From: Actinophytocola sp.
Lineage (GTDB): Bacteria > Actinomycetota > Actinomycetes > Mycobacteriales > Pseudonocardiaceae
Assembly: GCA_035995025.1 (NCBI GenBank)
Contig: DASYKY010000080.1
Span: 103,308 to 167,307 of the forward strand
Length of the DNA stretch: 64,000 nt
Direction: 5' to 3'
The stretch's first letter is position 1. Each line of letters starts with the position of its first letter. The notes beneath the pieces are model-generated. The model saw only the letters and a list, made by a program, of their open reading frames with translations, had not been told where the DNA came from and did no database searches. Position numbers and translations under genes: made by a program. Shown here piece after piece: positions 58,744 to 64,000 of the stretch.

Positions 58744-59393
58744 CGGCTTCTCCCTCTGAACAGCGTGCGTTCCAGTTCGTCCGGGGCGCAGTGGTGGTCC
58801 GTGGCCCAGCGGTCGAGCAGGTCGCAGTAGCGGCGGTACGTGTCCGCCGGCCACGGGCCCGTCCGGTCCATCGAGTCCCAGCCGCACTCGTCGCGTAAGG
58901 ACGTTGCCACGCGGCGATCGAGGATGAGGCTCGGGTGCTCCGGGCGGCCGCCGCCCGCGAAGTACAGGAACTTCGTGAAGAACGACGGGCCCAGGTACTC
59001 GATGGCGTTCGTCCGGCCGGGACGCAGGATCGCGAAAGCCCCCTCGGTGTCCTGGCTCGACCGTTCGGCCGCGGCCGTGAGCAAACCGCCGCACCTGTCG
59101 ACGTCCTCCGCGATGACGACCAGGCGGCGCACGTTCTGGCGCAGGTACCGGCCCGCCCCCCAGGCCAGCGCGTACCACAGCAACGTGAACACGTCGCCGG
59201 ACCGCGACCACACGTCGGCGCGCGTCAGCGACTCCGCCGACGGCGCCTCGCCGGGCAGGCCGCGCGAGAGGATCTCGTGGCGCCACCACCCGGTGCGAAT
59301 CCCGATCCGCTGCGCCGATACCGCGTCCTCGCGAGGTTCGCGTGGAGCGGCCCACGACGGGAGTTCGAGCGTGCTGAGGTCGGTGCGTGCCAT
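58740..59393 (-). CDS. OGG-like (helix-hairpin-helix) DNA glycosylase-family protein
   Basis: LAWG, YLGPSFFTKFLYF (HhH with Lys), ILDRRV (Asp), YRRY and ERTLF. Confidence 0.7.
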   Translation of the reverse strand: MARTDLSTLELPSWAAPREPREDAVSAQRIGIRTGWWRHEILSRGLPGEAPSAESLTRADVWSRSGDVFTLLWYALAWGAGRYLRQNVRRLVVIAEDVDRCGGLLTAAAERSSQDTEGAFAILRPGRTNAIEYLGPSFFTKFLYFAGGGRPEHPSLILDRRVATSLRDECGWDSMDRTGPWPADTYRRYCDLLDRWATDHHCAPDELERTLFRGRSR

Positions 59394-59542
59394 ATGCCGT
59401 GAATCGGTCTGGGCAATCCGGTGTTACTACTCAAGGTGGGCCTTAGGTCACCTGTTCGTGGCCGCCTTGGACCCATCTGGCCAATTGTCTCGGGAATGTT
59501 GGTGCGGCAAAACTCTGTCACGGCCGAGAGAAAGGACACGGC

Positions 59543-60091
59543 GTGGCGAGCGAGTTGCAGCGGCGGAAGGTACAGGGCGTCTTCCGCGCCATGGATGCCA
59601 ATGGGGACGGGTTTCTCGAGGAAGCGGATTTCGCCGCGCTCACCGCGCGGTGGGTCGAAATCCGGGGCGGCGAGAAAGGATCCGCGGAGCACGACCGATT
59701 GCGGGAAATCATGATGGGCTGGTGGAAAACCCTTCTCGCCGCCGCCGGGGACGTGCCCGACGGGAAAATCACCCTCGACGACGTGCTCACCGTCGTCGTG
59801 CGGTTGCGGCACATGGAGGACACCGTCGCGACCACCGCGGCGGCCATGTTCGAGGCCGTCGACGAGGACGGGGACGGACGGATCTCCCGCGCCGAGTATC
59901 GGCGCCTCATCGAGGCCTGGAACGGCCGGGAGACCCGCACCGACGACATCTTTCCCCGCCTCGACCTCGACGGCGACGGCTACCTCTCCCGCGAGGAGTT
60001 CACCGCGCTGTGGACCGAGTTCTGGGCCGGCGACGACGACGGCGCACCCGGCACCTGGGTCTTCGGACGGTTCGAGCTGCCCGTGGGCTAA
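59543..60091 (+). CDS. EF-hand calcium-binding protein (calerythrin-like)
   Basis: DANGDGFLEEADF, DVPDGKITLDD (degenerate), DEDGDGRISRAE and DLDGDGYLSREE. Confidence 0.92.
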   Translation: MASELQRRKVQGVFRAMDANGDGFLEEADFAALTARWVEIRGGEKGSAEHDRLREIMMGWWKTLLAAAGDVPDGKITLDDVLTVVVRLRHMEDTVATTAAAMFEAVDEDGDGRISRAEYRRLIEAWNGRETRTDDIFPRLDLDGDGYLSREEFTALWTEFWAGDDDGAPGTWVFGRFELPVG

Positions 60092-60669
60092 CGCAGCACC
60101 TGGTAGCGCAGGTGCGTGACCTGCCGGCCCTCGATCACCTCCGGGTCCGACAGCCGCACCGGCGCCTTCGCCAGGTTCGCGAAGAACGGGATGCCCTCCC
60201 CCATCAGCACCGGCACCAGGCTCACCTCGATCTCGTCGAGGAGTCCCGCGTCGAGGCACTGCTGCACGATCGTCGTGCTGGCGGCGCCTACGTTCTTGTC
60301 GCCGGCGACCAGCTTCGCCTGCTCGATCGCGCGGGGCACGCCGTCGGTGACGAACGTGACCGGGTGCGGCCAGTCCTCGACCGGGCGGTGCGTCACGACG
60401 AACAGCGGCGCGCCCGTCGGATGGTTGCCGCCCCATCCCCGGGTGTGGTCGAAAAGCCTGCGCCCGCACACCAGCGCGCCGGCCTCGTTGAGCGCGTTGC
60501 GCAGCCAGTCTGCGCTGGCCTCGGTGACGTGGAACGTCCACCGCGGGTCGTGGCTCGGCACGGTCACGTCACCGTTGTCGTACCAGCCGAACAGGTCCTC
60601 GACACCGTCGTCGGGATCGGCGATGAAGCCGTCGAGGGACATCGTCATGTGGGCGACGACCTTGCTCAT
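60088..60669 (-). CDS. Dihydrofolate reductase-family protein
   Basis: MSLDGFI, GRRLF, VVTH and GLLDEI...PVLMGEG. Confidence 0.9.
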   Translation of the reverse strand: MSKVVAHMTMSLDGFIADPDDGVEDLFGWYDNGDVTVPSHDPRWTFHVTEASADWLRNALNEAGALVCGRRLFDHTRGWGGNHPTGAPLFVVTHRPVEDWPHPVTFVTDGVPRAIEQAKLVAGDKNVGAASTTIVQQCLDAGLLDEIEVSLVPVLMGEGIPFFANLAKAPVRLSDPEVIEGRQVTHLRYQVLR

Positions 60670-60763
60670 GGTTCTGCTTCTTCGGTCGGTGGCGAACTCG
60701 ACCGTGTAACGCACGCCGCGGGCGGAACTCATCGGTCCCTGGCGACCGCGTTAGCGTGGAGGC

Positions 60764-61126
60764 ATGACCAGCAGGGTGTTCTGCCTCGCGATCGACTGCC
60801 GGGACACGGCGGTGCTGACCGACTTCTGGTGCGCGACGCTGGGCTACGAGGTGGTGAGGCGCTGGACGGACTCGCGCGGCACCGAGTACGTGGAGCTCGG
60901 CAGCGGCGACGAGCCGATCGTGCTCCTCCAGCCGGTCCACGAGCCCAAGTCGGGGAAGAACCGCCTGCACCTGGACATCGCCGCGCGGTCGGGCACGCGG
61001 GACTCCGAAGTGGAGCGTCTGGTCGGGCTCGGCGCCACGGTGGTGTCCGCCGAGCCCGACTACCACTGGGTGGTCATGGCCGACCCGGAGGGCAACGAGT
61101 TCTGCGTCCTGCCCCCGCGCCCGTGA
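60764..61126 (+). CDS. VOC/glyoxalase-like protein
   Basis: KNRLHLD and VMADPEGNEFCV. Confidence 0.92.
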   Translation: MTSRVFCLAIDCRDTAVLTDFWCATLGYEVVRRWTDSRGTEYVELGSGDEPIVLLQPVHEPKSGKNRLHLDIAARSGTRDSEVERLVGLGATVVSAEPDYHWVVMADPEGNEFCVLPPRP

Positions 61127-61127
61127 C

Positions 61128-61565
61128 TCATTGCGGCGGCGTGAACGTGAGCCGCGCGCCGTCCGGGCCGTAGCCCTCGACGGTGATCAGGATGTCGTTG
61201 AGGGTCATGTGGCCGGTGCCGCTCAGGTTGCCGTGCACGTCACCGTAGACCGGATCGGCACCCTCGAAGAGCATGGTCTCCGGCGGGACGAAGGTGACGA
61301 CGAAGTCGGTGAAGCCGAACCTGTGCTCGAGCGGGATGTCCACCCGGCCGGGGATCGCGATCGAGCACTCCGCGTCCGCGCAGTCGGCAGGCGCGTCCGC
61401 AAAGGTCCCGGGCGCCGACGGGGACGTGGACGGCGCTGAAGACGACGACGAAGACGACGACGGGTCCGGGGTGGCGGTGGGCTCGGGAGCCGAGCCGGCG
61501 CCGGTACGGGTCACCGTGCAGCCGGTCACGAGCAGGACGACGGCGAGCAGGCCCAGGATGCGCAT
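61128..61565 (-). CDS. Lipoprotein of unknown function
   Basis: Signal peptide with lipobox VTGC and a Ser/Pro-rich linker. Confidence 0.7.
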   Translation of the reverse strand: MRILGLLAVVLLVTGCTVTRTGAGSAPEPTATPDPSSSSSSSSAPSTSPSAPGTFADAPADCADAECSIAIPGRVDIPLEHRFGFTDFVVTFVPPETMLFEGADPVYGDVHGNLSGTGHMTLNDILITVEGYGPDGARLTFTPPQ

Positions 61566-61607
61566 GCGCGTAGTCCTACCAGCGCCGTTCCGGGACCGCT
61601 CCCGGAG

Positions 61608-64000
61608 TCAGGCCGTGTCGTCGGCCGCCGGCTCGGGTAGCTCGGCGACGAAGTCCGCGACGACGGTGGCCGCGATGTCGCGCACCTTGCGGTTGGTGGC
61701 CTGCGACACGGCGACGAGCTGCTGGAAGGCCGTGTCCGCGGCGCACCGGTGGGCCGCCATCAGCAGGCCGACCGCCTGGCTGACCGTGCTGCGGCTGTCC
61801 AGCGCGCCGCGCAGGGTGACCGCCTCGCGCTGGTTGTCCGCGATCACCTCCTCGCGCAGGCGGTGCAGCTCCAGGTGCGCCCGCACCCGCGACACCAGCT
61901 CGTCCGGGTGGAACGGCTTCACCACGTAGTCGTCCGCGCCCTCGCGCAAGCCCTCGACGGCCGAGTCCGCGCCCGCCCGCGCGGTCAGCAGCACCACGGG
62001 AACCCGGTTCAGCGCGCTGCTCGCCCGGATCTCCCGCAGCAGCTCCAGCCCGTCGCGACCGGGCAGCATCACGTCGCTCACGATCAGGTCCGGGCGGTTC
62101 GCCAGCGCGTGCGCCAGTGCCGCGTCGGCGTCGCCGACGGCGCGCACCGGCCAGCCCTGCCCGGCCAGCAGCCGGGCCAGGTAGTCACGCATGTCCGCGT
62201 TGTCCTCGACCAGCAGCACACCGCCGGGCTCGTCGTCCACCGGCGACGCGGGCCGCCACTGGTCGGCCTCCCCCGCGAACGCCTCCCCCAGCGCGGTCGG
62301 CTGCCCGCCGTCGCCGTCGACGCACGCCGTGGGCGTCCACGGCACCGACACCGTGAACGTGCTGCCCGTCCCCGGGACGCTCGACACCTCGACCGTCCCG
62401 CCGAGCGCGGCGGCCAGGTCCCGCACGAGTGCCAGCCCGATCCCCGTGCCCTCGCCGCTTCGCCCGGCGCCGCCCTCGACCCGGTGGAACCGGTCGAAGA
62501 TCCGCCCCAGGTCGGTGCCGGAAATGCCGACGCCGGTGTCCGCGACGGTCAGCACCAGCCGCCCCTTCGCCGACGCCAGCGTCACCGTGATCGACCCGGC
62601 CTCGGTGAACTTCACCGCGTTGGACACCAGGTTGAGCACGATCTTCGCCCACATCTCGCCGTCCAGCAGGACGCGGCCGGCCGCACGCACCTCGTTGCCG
62701 ACCTCGACGGCCAGCACCACGCCGCCGCTTTCGGCGGCCGAGCGGAACATCGACACGCAGTCCGCGGTCAGTCCCGCCACGTCGGTCGGCTCGGGCCGGG
62801 CGTGCAGCTGGTCGGCCTCGGCGCGCACCACGTCGAGCAGCGAGTCGACGAGGCGGCGCAGCCGCAGCGCCGCCCGGTGCGCGGTCTCGAGCGCCTCGCG
62901 CTGCGCGGCGGGCAGCCCGTCGGCGTGCCCGTCGAGGACCGTGCGCAGCGGGCCGAGCAGCAGCGTCAGTGGCGTGCGGAACTCGTGGCTGACGTTCTGG
63001 AAGAACCGGGTCTTCGCCGCGTCCAGCTCGGCCAGTGCCGCGGCGCGGGTCCGCTCCGCCTCGTAGGCCAGCGCATCGGTGAGCGCGGTCGACACGTGGC
63101 TCGCGACCAGCTCCGCGAACACCCGGTACGGCAGGTCGAGCGCCCGGTACGGGTTCACGCCGAGCACCAGCGCGCCGGCGGGGGCGCTGCGGCCGAACGC
63201 GAGCAGCGGCAGCACGAGCGCCTGGTCGACCGGCGCGTCGCCCAGCCCGCCCGACGGCAGGTAGCCGGCGGCGAACCGGCCCGCGGGACCGTCGAGCACC
63301 ACCGGCAGGCCGGTCTCGAACACGGTGCCGACGGCGTCGAGCGTGGGTTCGCTCCCGGCCCGCAACCCGGCGGACGCGACGAGCACCGGCTCGCCGCCCG
63401 GGTCCTCGCGCAGGTAGGCCAAGGCGAGCGGCACGTCGGCGCAGCTGCGGGCGAGCACGTCGACGGCCCCGCGGCACGCGTCGCTCGCGGTCTCGGCGGC
63501 GGCCGTGGACAGCGTGCCCAGCTCGCGCAGCGTCTCCATCCGGCGGTCGGACAGCACCCGCTCGGTCACGTCGGTGGTGGCCACGAAGATGCCGGCGATC
63601 TCGCCGTCCGCGTCGCGCACCGGGCTGTAGGAGAACGTCCAGTACGTCTCCTCGAGGTAGCCGTGCCGGCGCAGCAGGAGAAGCTGGTTCTGCGCGTGCG
63701 TGGCGCCGTGGCCGGCCAGCACGGCGTCGGCCATGGGGCCGAGCTGGTGCCACGCCTCGGCCCAGCACTCCGCGCCGGGCTGGCCGATCGCGTCCGGGTA
63801 CTTGTCGCCCAGCACCGGCGTGTACGCGTCGTTGAAGATCTGCACCAGCCGCGGCCCCCACCACAGCAGCATCGGGATGCGCGACGGGAGCACCGTGCGG
63901 ATCGCCGCGCACAGCTCGTCGGTCCACGTCTCAACAGGACCGAGCGGCGTGCGCGACCAGTCCTTCGCGCGCAGCGCCGCGCCGGTTCTGCCGGGTCCGT
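61608..64000 (-). CDS. Hybrid sensor kinase PAS/GAF-HisKA-HATPase-REC-ANTAR; 5' end lies beyond the window
   Basis: DWSRTPLGP, FSYSP, SHEFRTPL, NAVKF, DTGVG, GTGIGL, SDVML and ALDSRSTVSQAVGLLM...AF...SQ..NRKVRDIA; the frame stays open to the window edge. Confidence 0.92.
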   Translation of the reverse strand, partial: GPGRTGAALRAKDWSRTPLGPVETWTDELCAAIRTVLPSRIPMLLWWGPRLVQIFNDAYTPVLGDKYPDAIGQPGAECWAEAWHQLGPMADAVLAGHGATHAQNQLLLLRRHGYLEETYWTFSYSPVRDADGEIAGIFVATTDVTERVLSDRRMETLRELGTLSTAAAETASDACRGAVDVLARSCADVPLALAYLREDPGGEPVLVASAGLRAGSEPTLDAVGTVFETGLPVVLDGPAGRFAAGYLPSGGLGDAPVDQALVLPLLAFGRSAPAGALVLGVNPYRALDLPYRVFAELVASHVSTALTDALAYEAERTRAAALAELDAAKTRFFQNVSHEFRTPLTLLLGPLRTVLDGHADGLPAAQREALETAHRAALRLRRLVDSLLDVVRAEADQLHARPEPTDVAGLTADCVSMFRSAAESGGVVLAVEVGNEVRAAGRVLLDGEMWAKIVLNLVSNAVKFTEAGSITVTLASAKGRLVLTVADTGVGISGTDLGRIFDRFHRVEGGAGRSGEGTGIGLALVRDLAAALGGTVEVSSVPGTGSTFTVSVPWTPTACVDGDGGQPTALGEAFAGEADQWRPASPVDDEPGGVLLVEDNADMRDYLARLLAGQGWPVRAVGDADAALAHALANRPDLIVSDVMLPGRDGLELLREIRASSALNRVPVVLLTARAGADSAVEGLREGADDYVVKPFHPDELVSRVRAHLELHRLREEVIADNQREAVTLRGALDSRSTVSQAVGLLMAAHRCAADTAFQQLVAVSQATNRKVRDIAATVVADFVAELPEPAADDTA

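Noticed and set aside
1-64000. Many long alternative-frame and antisense ORFs (e.g. 16171-19284 +, 31970-34150 -, 39032-41323 -)
   Set aside because: Arg/Pro/Gly-rich shadow frames expected in high-GC DNA; they overlap well-supported genes and lack motifs
1-64000. CRISPR array, tRNA, rRNA or IS elements
   Set aside because: No regularly spaced repeats, cloverleaf/T-loop signatures or transposase motifs found by eye

Overview
High-GC actinobacterial chromosomal DNA (gene content suggests a filamentous actinomycete, Pseudonocardiaceae-like; this is inference). It is densely coded, with about 56 genes and no rRNA, tRNA, CRISPR array or transposase that I could see. From left to right: an MFS tail and a secreted GH87-like alpha-glucanase; a GTP-cyclohydrolase II/creatininase/PTPS/glycosyltransferase/Zn-dehydrogenase/flippase cluster of unknown product; a miniature P450-like ORF; a stand-alone receiver followed by two large uncharacterised coupled genes (membrane protein plus ACT-like protein); secreted protease and lipase; a SARP-NB-ARC-TPR regulator and SDR; an orphan flavin reductase/Trp halogenase/cation antiporter cassette with a 6-halogenase-type residue fingerprint; an LLM oxidoreductase and GH15; cysD-cysNC-sulfotransferase; an S1 protease; an Otr(A)/TetM ribosomal protection gene with a putative attenuator leader; SGNH hydrolase, glutamate decarboxylase, cell-wall hydrolases and amidohydrolase; three ECF sigma systems; a 4.5 kb islet (toxin-like ORF + XRE-ImmA/IrrE, tandem DnaA boxes, and a divergent coiled-coil/tyrosine recombinase pair flanking an AT-rich res-like site); an atypical hisS; glucarate catabolism; an OGG-like glycosylase/frameshifted Zn-finger/NUDIX trio; an EF-hand protein; and a hybrid kinase ending in ANTAR that runs off the right edge. 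The best candidates for undescribed systems are 8663-12756, 44966-49442, 19991-23761 and 57713-59393. All family calls come from motifs recognised by eye, not from database searches.
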